Source: the human T2T-CHM13v2.0 reference genome, Homo sapiens
Direction: 5' to 3' (one strand)
Assembly: GCF_009914755.1 (NCBI RefSeq)
Contig: NC_060938.1
DNA length: 64,000 nt
Below are positions 49,284 to 64,000 of the stretch, one piece after another (the first letter of the stretch is position 1; each line of letters starts with the position of its first letter). A program made the translations under genes and the position numbers. The notes beneath the pieces were generated by a model. It saw only the letters and a program-made list of their open reading frames with translations. It was not told where the DNA came from and ran no database searches.

Positions 49284-50093
49284 TAAAGAGCTCCTGCTAG
49301 TGCAAGGCGCCCTTATCGTTCTCAGCATTCTTTTGCATCAATGGAGCAGACTCCAGCCAACAACCCATCTTGCCTTGTCCCCCATAGACACTTTTAGGTA
49401 TTTGCTTGAAGGGATGAAAGCCTCAAGAACCTGCCTTTTGTCCATCTGGTCCAGACAGGCTCACATAAGCTTATTCCCTTCCAAACAGAGTATGACAGGA
49501 CCACACACATTTCTGCCTGAAATCTTGCCAAGATAGAATCTGAGATGACTCTCCTAATAGGCCTAAGTCTTCCTTGAAATCTAGGCACATCTGCATCTTT
49601 AATGATCCCATTAACTTCATTTTCCGCAGTGTCACATCATTCCTGGGCCACACTGGATTGCACATGTGTCTTCTCTGTGAGCCGGGGCTTACACCTGAGG
49701 GCTTGCCGTCCACACACACCCCTCATGCTTTGGCCGTGTACAGTACATCCCAGGTACAGTGTGTACCTTTTGAAGTTTTGAGTGATCAACTTCACATTAA
49801 TCTATTCTCCCTCACTCTATTCTAATCCTTTTGGCAAGAACCTGTTCCAAGGTATTCTCCCCTTATTTGGCCACATTCAACTTGAAACAGAATAATCAGA
49901 GTTTTACTTCCAGTTAAAGCACAATGCTGTTTTCTTTTAGATATATTAGGCAGCCTACTGCTAGACCCTCAGCTGCTTTGTAACTTCATTAAATACTCTG
50001 CAATGTCTGATGAGTGTCTGAGTATCTGCAATTACCCTGCCCTCCTAAAGAGCAAAGAGGGGCATGATTCCCCTCCTGAGACCTAATAAATTC

Positions 50094-50132
<39 letters not shown>

Positions 50133-50164
50133 CATTTAACAAATAATTATTGAGCATCTAGTAT

Positions 50165-50892
<728 letters not shown>

Positions 50893-52720
50893 GTATGTGT
50901 CTAGCACTGGAGAGACAGCACAAGACAGACAAAGTTTCTACCCTTATGGAATTTATATTCTAATAGAGAAGACAGTAAGTAGCCGAATGAGAAAATTTAA
51001 GGTAACAGTAAATATTATGAAGAAAATGAGACACTGTAATGTTGTGCAGAGTGAATGAGGCAGGGAAGTTGCTACTATAGACTGAGTAGTCAGGGAAAGG
51101 CATCTCTGAGGAAGTGAGATTTGAGCTGAGACTTAAATGGACCAGACTTAGAAAGACTGGACATTGGAAAACTATTACACTAGTTTTTCCCCGATGGCTT
51201 CTGTGGGGTTTGTTTGCTTGTTTTTTGGCGGAGAAAAGAAATCCTGTCTTATGCTTTGATCACAATGACATTATATGTTATTGCTAGGATATGTACCCAA
51301 CAGCCCACCAGAATGAGTATTCAGCCTATACCCTACCACAGCTCTGTGCTTTTCAAAGCATCACTTTGGTTAGTAGTGGCAAGATGATCCAAAGGATCCC
51401 TCAGAATAGACTCTTAAAAGGCCTACCTCATCTAATTAAATTAAGCAGCTTACTATAGTGTCGTATCTTAGAGCCCTGGGAAATGACTCCTGCCCCTCAA
51501 AATATCCTAGACTTTCCAGCTATGCTCTGGAGATTGAAATTCTTTTAAATCAGTTTTTCATTGTACAGTCAGTTAAAAGGTTTAAAATGCAATACCCTCA
51601 GGAGAAGTGGCAAATTGGCCCTGTGCACACACCATGGTTCTGAAGAGGCTACAGATTCCTTCTGTAAGAAGGGAGGGGAGAGGAAGAGACATGTGCCAGA
51701 GACTACTGGAAAAGAAAATGTAGAGAAAAGCGAAGAGCTGAGAAAGGGGAAATGAAAGAGAGAAAAGACTCTGTGTCCTTAAGCAACCGATTCCCTAAGG
51801 ACTGCAACATCTCCAGATTTCTCCAGAGCTCTAAGAAGTCAGATGTACTTTGGAGCTGGCCAGAGGGGTTGGTGGTGGGCTCTCTTCTCCTGTCCCCATC
51901 CTGAAGACTCGTTTCTACATTACAGAAAGTGGATTTCCCCATGGGATGGAGCAGTGTGTATCCTGGACCATTTTGCCTTGGGGGAGGTTTAAAGGGAAGG
52001 CCTGAATCATTAATTTATGAGGAGGATAAGAAAGTGGCATCTCATTAAGGAAATGACTCTTCATCTTTAGAGTCTAGAGCATAAGAAAGCCTCAGTGGGA
52101 TGAGATCTCCATTAGAAAGGGACCACTGTTAGAGTCCATTCCACAGGAACACTGTGAAGTCTAGCAGGGCAGGAGATTGAAAATCTAGAGGGATCCTCCC
52201 AGCACTGAGCAACTACCCTTATTTTGTAACCCTGGGCCCAATTTGGAAGGGTGGTAAGCATGGAAGAAAAGGATGGAAAGAAAGTCCTAAAAAGCTCTGT
52301 GGAGTGATTTAAGGACTATTTAGAATAATAAAGTAACCCAAATAAATTCTGAAGCCCTCAGGAGGCTCAGTTTCCCCAAATCATAATCAAAGAAGGTAAT
52401 CCAGAAACCAAGAAGAAATTTAACATGCACTGCAATCTTTAGAGATGCAAATCTCTAAAAGAACACTACAGGGAATTCGATTCAGAACCCAGAGAACACT
52501 TCTGAAATTCTCTTTTCTCTCCTTAATCCACATCTGACAAAGGCTTTTACCCACCAAATCCTGCAAATTGTCCCCAATACCCAGGCCATGTGTTTATTCC
52601 CTTCCTTCATTCCCCCATCTCTTTACTCCCACCTCTCCAATCCCATTTCTTTATCTCTCCCAATTCTTTCTTCATAAGAAAAGCTGGCAAACTGATTTGG
52701 AAAAGAAAGTATCTTTATAG

Positions 52721-53946
<1,226 letters not shown>

Positions 53947-54145
53947 TTAAGCCTTACAGATTAGGTGAATGGGCAGGAAAAGAGGAAAGACCAGGCCCCA
54001 AATATGGGGACATGGCCTGCTTCATGAAGAAATTGTCACAAGTTAGTGCAATGGCAAAATGATAAGAATAAGGACAAGGTACTGAGTTTTTCTTAGAGGC
54101 AAATATATTCAATTTTTAAATTTCGAGATTGTGTCTCTGCCGACA

Positions 54146-54770
54146 TGTCAGAGATGTTTAAATCAGAGTGACTTCATCTTGTATAGGGGCTGGGTAAAAT
54201 AAGGATGAGACCTACTGAGCTGCATTCCTAGAAGGTTAGGCATTCTAAGTTCCAGAAGGAGAAGATCAGGTCAGCACAAGATACAGGTCACAAAGACCCT
54301 GCTGATAAAAGGGTGCGGTAAGGAAGCTGGCCAAAACCCACCAAAACCAAGATGGTGACAAAAGTGACCTCTGGTCCTCCTCACTGCTCATTATACACTA
54401 ATTATAATGCATTACATGCTAAGACTCTCCTACCAGAGCTATGACAGCTTATAAATGCCATGGCAATATCAGAAAGTTACCCTATATGGTCTAAAAGGGA
54501 GAGGAACCCTTAGTTCCAGGAAGTGCCCACTCCTTTCTCAGGAAACTCATGAATAATCTACCCCTTGTTTGGCATATAATCCAGAAATGACTATAAGTAT
54601 ACTCAGTTAAGCAGCCCATGCCACTGATCTGTCTATGGAGTAGCCATTCTTTATTCCTTTACTTTCTTCATAAACTTGCTTTCACTTTATGGACTCGCCC
54701 CAAATTCTTTCTTGCTGGAGGTCCAAGAACCCTCTCTTTGGGTCTGAATCAGGACCCCTTTCCGGTAACA
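54146..54770 (+). mobile_element. MER41B-like solo LTR
   Basis: MER41 core plus the segment gaggaacccttagttccaggaagtgcccactcctttctcaggaaactcatg, which is absent from the MER41A copy. Confidence 0.88.
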
Positions 54771-54956
54771 AAGATGAGATGCTCCTCACAGAAATAGTCA
54801 TTTATGAAATTATAATAATGATAGATGCTAGTATTATTCTTCTTCATGTCATCGTGTGGCTAAATAAAAAAAATGGTAACTACAGTGTTTCTCCCATTAA
54901 AAAAAAAAAGTTTTATAGGACCATGAAATCCAAATGGCAGGAAGTCACTGCTTTAG

Positions 54957-55273
<317 letters not shown>

Positions 55274-55449
55274 CACACGTAGTCTTTTTTAAAACACATT
55301 GGCCCATTTAATCATCACAACTATATGATACATATAAATATATATAAACAAAAATATATATAAGTATATGTATAACTATAACTATATATAGTTAGGTACA
55401 ATTTGTCTATATATAAATTATATATTATGTATATAATTTGTCTTGAAAC

Positions 55450-55979
55450 TGTAGAAGAAGAAAAAACGTTTTCCTCTATTCTCCTAGGGTCTCCAGCTGG
55501 AGCTCTAGGAATTAAGCTGACAAAAAAACAGATTAGCAAGAGAAAAACAAATCGTTTATTAACATGTGCAGCATGCGATAGAAACTCAGTGATGAGCAGT
55601 GATAAGTAACTCAAAGTGGGTGGCTAAAACTTGGGACTTTTTAACATTTGAACAACGAACAATATGTTGAGAAGTGACAAGACAAAGGAAAAGGGGTTTA
55701 GGCTTTTCGGGGCAGCAAACTGTGGGACGCTAAATATATGGGCGAAATTCCTGGAAGATAAAAGTTGGTTTAGTAATGTTTGTCATGTAGATTTCTCTTA
55801 GTGCCGTCTCTGGGCCAATAAGAGTTTCAGATGATTAAGAAACTAAATCTTCTTTTAGTCAAATGGGAGTGTGGGAGGGGTGGGCAGAGAGCTTTTTTCC
55901 ATTTCTCAGTTGTCTTCAGCTTAAAATAATCCTGTGTCAAAGGGCCATATTTGGGTGTAGCCCATTCTAGTCCCCTGCA
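55450..55979 (-). mobile_element. ERV1 LTR (MER31/MER34-like)
   Basis: TG..CA ends; gacaaaaaaacagattagcaagagaaaaac; cttcagcttaaaataatcc. Confidence 0.65.
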
Positions 55980-55999
55980 AAACGATCACACTTTCACAG

Positions 56000-56950
56000 T
56001 GTACAGAACTTTTCTTCCTGAATTATTTGAGAGTTAATTGTTTATCTGATGCCCTATCACCCTACAAATTTTAATGTATATTTCCTACAAACAAGGATGT
56101 AACCTACAAAAACCATAATAAAGCTGTGAAAATTAGGAAATTAACGTTGATGTATTACTATCATTCAATATTTAGATCCCATTCAAGTTTTAGTAGTTGT
56201 CTCAATAATGTCTTTATCCTCCTTCAGTCTAGAAGAATTAATTGGTCAGTCTCTTTGACTTACATGACCTTGGCACTTTTGAAAATTACAGACCAGTTAT
56301 TTCATAATAAATAAGTAATTATGAGGGATTTACTTAGAAACTGCAAATATTCCATTCCTCATCAGACTTTTAACTTATTAGTTACATATTTTGATGCTCA
56401 AATTGTTTCCAGCTTAGTCATTAGGAGTCCTTCAAGCTGATTTCCATGTCCTTTGACATGTCACCATCATTCTTTAAGCACTTTCTTGTTTTCTGACACA
56501 ACACATTTTCCAGGCTTATTTTGTACTTTCCTTGTCCCAGGAGTCAGCCATTTCTCCGAAGAGCCCTAGTGAACAATTAAGTTTAGAAGCCGAGATCTGG
56601 GTGCTAGATGTGCTTGTTACTATTGAGGCATCACTGTTGCCCAGGGCTGCTCAGTGAGCAGAGCTAAGGAATGTATGTATATATATATACAAACACATAC
56701 ATTTACATCTCTAGTTTTCTATTTATTTCTTCTGTATTGGAAACCATGAGTTCATAGTGATACCTCCAATTCTAATTCAGTATCACAGAGCACATCTTCA
56801 TTTTCTCTCTTTCTGTATTTGTACCTCCCTTCTCTGGCAGTAGAAAACTGACCCTTGTTATCTGTAATTTATTTACATATTTGATCAATCCCCCATGTGT
56901 AACCAAGCTCCTGTTCCCAATGCCACCTCCTCCCCTACACAAATTCTTTT
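56000..56950 (-). mobile_element. Old L1 (L1MC-like) 3'UTR fragments
   Basis: aggagtcagccatttctccgaagagccc; gatctgggtgctagatgtgc. Confidence 0.7.
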
Positions 56951-57162
56951 CTCTCCCCCTTTGACCTCTGATGCCTTGTGCTGGGGCATTCCCCACATGG
57001 AGATCCTCATCCACCTTGGCCTTCAACATCTCAGACCAGGACTCCTCTATGTATCTTCCAACGCTTCTAGTAAATTTTTAAGAAAACTGAGAAAACGGAT
57101 TTCTGTAACTGAGATAATTGAAAAAATGATTTCTATATTTTCAAACTATCTTAGTTTCATAA

Positions 57163-57544
<382 letters not shown>

Positions 57545-57744
57545 TGATAATACTTTCAGTTTCTTTAGCCTCTTCTGCTTCCTTCATTGTTCATTTCTCC
57601 TGAGTTCCTTTGTACTCTTACTTGCTTTTGGTCTCTCTTTCCGGTTGGAGGCTTTCCTCACATACCTGGTGTGTTCCTAGCTTTCTATTCCTGTATGAGA
57701 ATGAGGCACTAAGGAGCCAACTAGAACAGAATTCGGGGTAGGGA

Positions 57745-57905
57745 GTAGAGATGCCAGATAAAATATAGGCTGCCCAATTAAATTTGAATTTCAGATAAGT
57801 AATAAATAATTTAAAAATATAAGTGTGTCCCAAATATTACTATGAACATCATAATAATAAGAAATTATTCATTGTTTATCTGAAATCTGAATTTATCTGG
57901 CCATT
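57745..57905. mobile_element. MER53 palindromic MITE
   Basis: gccagataaaatataggctgcccaattaaatttgaatttcagataa ... ttgtttatctgaaat. Confidence 0.8.
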
Positions 57906-57950
57906 CTACCTGGGATCTTAGTCAACTGTTGACTTCCTTCAGGGCGATTG

Positions 57951-58464
57951 TGATATGGACAGGATGCAGGAGGGTGGAGTCCCTGGCGAGGGCTCCACCC
58001 TCAAGCTTGGACCTGCAGCCGTAAATGACAACAGGCATTCCTGTTTTTGCACCCAAATGTTGCCTTTTGGCCTGTCATGTCCCCCTATCCTGTGGCCATA
58101 TAAACCCCAAACCCCAGGCTCCACAAGCAGAAGAGTGGCAGAGTGACAGAGCAGCAGAGTGGCACGGCAGAGATGGAGAGAAGAAAGGAAGCGTCTGAAT
58201 GTTGAGAGGAGTTCGGCTGGGGCAGTCAGAGAGGAGATAGGATGCAGAAAGACCAAACTCCAGGGGAACGGCAGGGCTAAAAGAGCGTTGTAACACCACT
58301 AGACACTGCTGTGGCGCCAGAGCCCAAAAGTGCTCGCCCCGGCTCCTGCATCTGCTCACCTGTGTGCTTCCCCTCCCGTAAGGAGTTCCAGCGTGCAGCG
58401 GCAAAATAATGAGCCACACCCCTGTTGCACGTACCACGGTGGGTCAGGGAACTCTCCCATTTCA
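57951..58464 (+). mobile_element. LTR1-family ERV1 solo LTR
   Basis: tgatatggacagg ... gggtcagggaactctcccatttca; TSD attg; TATA-like catataaacccc. Confidence 0.8.
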
Positions 58465-59356
58465 ATTGTATGGGATCCCAATTTTTCATAGGTTTATCAG
58501 TTTTCTCAGAGAAAAATTCTTCCATTCGCCCCTGGGTGCTACAAGCCTAGCTGCTAATGCGCCAAAAGCCAGTTGTAGGAGGGAAACAGTGTAGAGATGG
58601 TCTTCAGTGCCACCGTCCGTCCGTCTTTCTTCCAGCTGTGCCAGATCTCCCTCTCCCAGGCAGAATCCTGCAGGAGTGGGGCACGGACAGCTGCCTGGCA
58701 AGGAGGGTTAAGAGGAGAAGAACCGGAAGAGATCTAACTTGGTTTTTATACGAAGTTTCAACCAGTCCTCCTGTTTTCAGGCCTGCCCAGCACTCCCACC
58801 TTCGGAGGAACCAGTTGCCCCCGAAGGCTGAGTCTTTCTGGGATTCTCAGACTCGTTGATCTGTTTTTCCTGTAGGTTTAGGTTTCAGCTTTCTCTTAAT
58901 ATTGTTTATTTCTCTCATTTACTGTGTCTTTGTCTAATGCTCTGTTTGTCTTTGTGTGTTTATGTCATTTAAAAATTTCTTTGCTGAGTTTGTTTTTGTG
59001 AGAATAGAGATAAATGTGAGTGTACAGTCTGCCATGTTTCACTGGACAATAATGATTTTCCATTTATTTTATTGGTTTATATACCTGGAGGAGAAATTGT
59101 CTATAATGTACTACATACTCAAATGTCCTGGGAAAAAGGGGTTTGGATAAACATGGATTTTTCTCTGATTCTCTCTTTCCTCTATACCTCCACTTCCCCT
59201 GCCCCTGCCCACACCATGAAAGACCAAAGGTAACTCTGACTGATATGAGTTCTTTGGCTTTCCATACTTGGTATTTTGGCACTATTGGTTCCTCAAGTTC
59301 CCCAAAGACAGCTGGACTAGTGTGCCTATAAATCTTCAATCCTAACCAACGGTGAG

Positions 59357-59668
<312 letters not shown>

Positions 59669-60106
59669 ACCAAGGGTGAGTTGTAAATGTAACTATTCCC
59701 TGCAGGTCTGTGGCTTAGAGCAATGAATTTAGATAAGGTCAGGGTTTACTGTTGTTTATTGCCTTACAATAAGAGCTGTTTGTTCATTGTAATTGGCTTA
59801 TAAAAGTTCTTGAGTCACTAATAAATAAACACAGGGGTGGGGTGGTCATTTCTTAAGTGGAAGGTGAGAAATCCTAAGGGTATATGAAGTCTGAGAACCC
59901 TTGTCTTTGTTTAGTTCCTCAATACACCCTTTAAGATGAGCCCAGGAAATTTCAGATATCTGATTACTTCCAAAAAATTATTTTCTGCCAACTCATATCA
60001 TCGTAATTAAACTAGTTGCCACACGTGGCAAATATTGTAGGCAATGAAATTCAGGCTGATCACCATAGTTAAGACATGGACATAAATAGCAAGAATAGGG
60101 TGGGAG

Positions 60107-60395
60107 GACCAGGTGGGGTGGCTCACACCTGTGATCCTAGCACTTTGGAAGGCTGAGGAGGGAGGATTGTTTGAGCCAGGAGTTTGAGATCAGGCTGGGT
60201 AACACAGCAAGACCCCATCTCTACAAAAAAAGTTTTAAAATTAGCTGGTTGTGGTGGTGCGTGCCTGTGGTTCCAGCTACTTGGGAGGCTAGGGTGGGAG
60301 GATCACTTGAGCCCAGAATGTTGAGGCTGCAGTGAGCCACGGTCGTGCCTCTGCACTCCAGCCTGGGTGACAGAGCAAGACCCTGTCTAAAATGA
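60107..60395 (+). mobile_element. AluJ
   Basis: TSD aagaataggg(t/c)gggag. Confidence 0.92.
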
Positions 60396-60577
60396 AAAGA
60401 ATAGGGCGGGAGTACTAATAGCTCTCACTTGACTTGGCCCCATTTTACGGATGAAATAGGCTCAGAGAGCCTTGTAGCAAGTAAGTAGTGTCACTGGTAT
60501 TCAAACTGATGTTTGTCAGACATTGCCTCTTAGAGAGGAATATTTTGAATTCAGAATCTAAAAGGTTTGTATTCTGT

Positions 60578-60993
<416 letters not shown>

Positions 60994-61179
60994 CTAGCAA
61001 ATATTACAGGGCAGTGAGACTAGGAAGACAGTTGGCAGAAAGGCTTCTGTTTTGGTGGAGAGAGATGGAGCAAATACAATATTGTGAACCTGATTTTAGT
61101 ATCAGCCAAACAAAATCAAGAAGAACATGTGGTGGTGGTAGAAGCAAGAAATGAAAATCTCTCGTTTCATCCACAGATT

Positions 61180-61478
61180 GTTTTTGTTTTTGTTTTTGAG
61201 ACAGAGTCTCTTCCTGTCACACAGGCTGGAGTGCGGTGGTGTGACCTTGGTTCACTGCAACCTCCACCTCCTGGTTTCAAGTGATTCTCTTGCCTCAGCC
61301 TCCCAAGTAGCTGGGATTATAGGCGCCCACCACCATGCCTGGCTAGTTTTTGTATTTTTTAGTAGAGATGGGGTTTCACCATGTTGGTCAGGCTGGTCTT
61401 GAACTCCTGACCTCAAGTGATCCACCCGCCTTGGCCTCCCAAAGTGCTGGGATTACAGGCATGAGCCGCTGTGCCCTG
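61180..61478 (-). mobile_element. AluS
   Basis: Full dimer. Confidence 0.93.
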
Positions 61479-63557
61479 CTCACAGTTATTAAAAGCACTG
61501 ATTTTTTTTCTTTCATAGCAGACAAGTTCATCTTCAAGAAAACTAAGAGATCTCTTCCCCTGACAAAAAACAACTCCATGTTTGATGGGACTCAGACCTG
61601 GGCTCTTCTGTCACCTCTAGGTAGGGAGGTCTTGGAGAGCAAGGTGAGTTCCTATGAAGAGTTTCACGTGAGGGATAGAAAAGGATGGATGTGTCAGTTA
61701 CTCTCAGGTAGCCCGGAAGAGCCTGGCAATGTTAGATTTTTATGTTCATTTTAATTGTTTTGATGTCTTAACCTAGTAATAAATTGTCAGTTAATCACTT
61801 TTATGCAATAATAAAAGGTGCATAAAATGTTACTGCTGCTTCCTGCTCAGGCCCCCTCCCCAGCATGGAGTGTTATTGAGATACATTTCATTCAGATAAG
61901 TTGGCAGTTTTATCAGAGCATAGAGGACACCCTGACAATTATCCTACATGCTGCAGCAGACAATATGAAAAGCTTCTAGGTCCAAACTCCCTCTAGCTCC
62001 CTAGAGTATATTTTACAAAGGGTGCAGCTTTGATGGAACTGGAGAGTTTGGTCACCAGGTTATTTGATTGTAGGAAAAGTCCATATTCTGCTCCAGGACT
62101 TAGAGACTAAGGTCAGTAAATGGGGAGATAAGTGATTAACAAATGTGATATTCTTGCCTGGTGGTAAAAATAAAAAAAATTTAAAAAAACCCAAATGTGA
62201 TAAAATGGGCATTCTGTGTTAAATCAAAGCTGCATGGGTTTTAAAATCAGGTTTATGTAATAATATTTTGGAATTCTTTCCAATTATAGTGAGACCAGAG
62301 TGTTCATGGAAAGTCACCATCCACAGACATTGGAAAAATAGTCATTCCCAATTTCTGCTATGTGATCCCGGTATGGCCTTGCTGATTTGTTTGCTTTCTA
62401 ATTCCTTGGTTTAAGTAGAAAGGAGGATCCTCTTTACAGTGTTACTGTGCAGAGTAGTAATTGTCAACCTCGATCTTGTAAAAAGCAAGAATCTTTCTGA
62501 GGATGTTGCAAACTCTCAAGAGGTTTGAATCTAGCCTGGTATGCCCCTCCCACCGAGCACATGACATCAGGAGAACCAGTTGTGAAATTAAACAATGATA
62601 GGGTGATGCAACTTCAAAGAAGTTGGAAATTTTTGATATAATACGGTTATAAAGCTACAGGTTATAAGAATAAGTGACTTGAATTTATGGTGAGTCATAT
62701 GACAATCTCAGCACTTCACTTGGTGGCTGTTTCCAAAGGAGGGAGAAGGAAAAGACAGAGAAGAGATGAGGGGCAGAGGGAGAGCTGCCTCAGTTGTGAC
62801 AGTTCTACCAGACCATAAATTAAGCTATTATTAGTATCAGCTGTTACTTATTATTTAACTCAGTAGTGCTGCACTGTAATTCTACAACTCTTAACTTGGC
62901 AAACATGTTGTAATGGAGCCAGCTGTATGAAAGAGTCTATATAAAATTAACTTTACTATTCTTGTTATTATAGTTTAGGAGTCACCCTACCAAGTGGGTA
63001 TGATGATGAAGGTGAGCTGCTAAGAAAGAGGTTGAGAGACAGCTGATGTTTGTTTCAAGCAAATCTTCTTTAACCCGAGGCACCAGGAGCAGAGGGCCAG
63101 TGGGTAAAAAGGTTAAGTAGGATGGAATCTACAATAAAGCCAAATGTGTGGGTTCTATTGCTGATCTTGTCGTTATTTTGGATTTTTGGAGTGGAGATGA
63201 AATGAAAATGTTTGTTTTGTATCTACCTGCCCAGGATGTAAGTAAGAGGGAAGAACAAGACTCTAGGAGAGAAATAGAGGCTCCCCTAAAAAAACACCTT
63301 AAGTAAATGTCAGGTGATGTCACCCATAAAGTCTTCCAGCCATAATAATTTCACCTGAAAGCTATTTATTTTGGAAACAGACAGAAAGCCCTGTCTGTTC
63401 CACTTTAAAGTTTCACATTAATACTCCCTCATTTTCCGATGTTAGAATACTTCCAGGACTATAGGTGAAATAAGTCTACTAGAAGATTAGCCAAACATCT
63501 GTTTGTCTACATAGTGACCCTTACAGCATCAAAATTTTCTTTGACTCTTCCATGTAA

Positions 63558-63936
<379 letters not shown>

Positions 63937-64000
63937 TAAACAAATAAAAATAACATGCAGAAACACAAGAAAGCAGCATCATATAAGCAAGGTTCAAACA

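Noticed and set aside
57745-57905. Long imperfect hairpin resembling a pre-miRNA
   Set aside because: Explained by the palindromic MER53 MITE

Overview
Primate (almost certainly human) non-coding DNA, very rich in Alu, LTR, L1/L2, MIR and DNA-transposon remnants. I can support no protein-coding exon; the ORF track is dominated by Alu/LTR read-through. The anchor feature is a perfect 22-bp hairpin at 19952-20018. Its minus-strand arms match my recollection of miR-4708-5p/-3p, which would place the window at human 14q23.3, 5' of FUT8 (recalled, needs BLAT confirmation). A motif-dense unique segment at ~41.2-41.8 kb ends in a strong splice donor and is a plausible distal non-coding FUT8 first exon/promoter. 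Other notable structure: a GAS-bearing MER41B LTR near a GAS-less MER41A, a 224-bp 98%-identical local duplication, two trimeric Alus each bounded by one TSD, nested LTR and Alu stacks, and small templated-insertion scars. Repeat subfamily names are by eye and many boundaries are approximate. I found no evidence of a wholly new biological system; the best leads are TE-derived regulation of MIR4708/FUT8.
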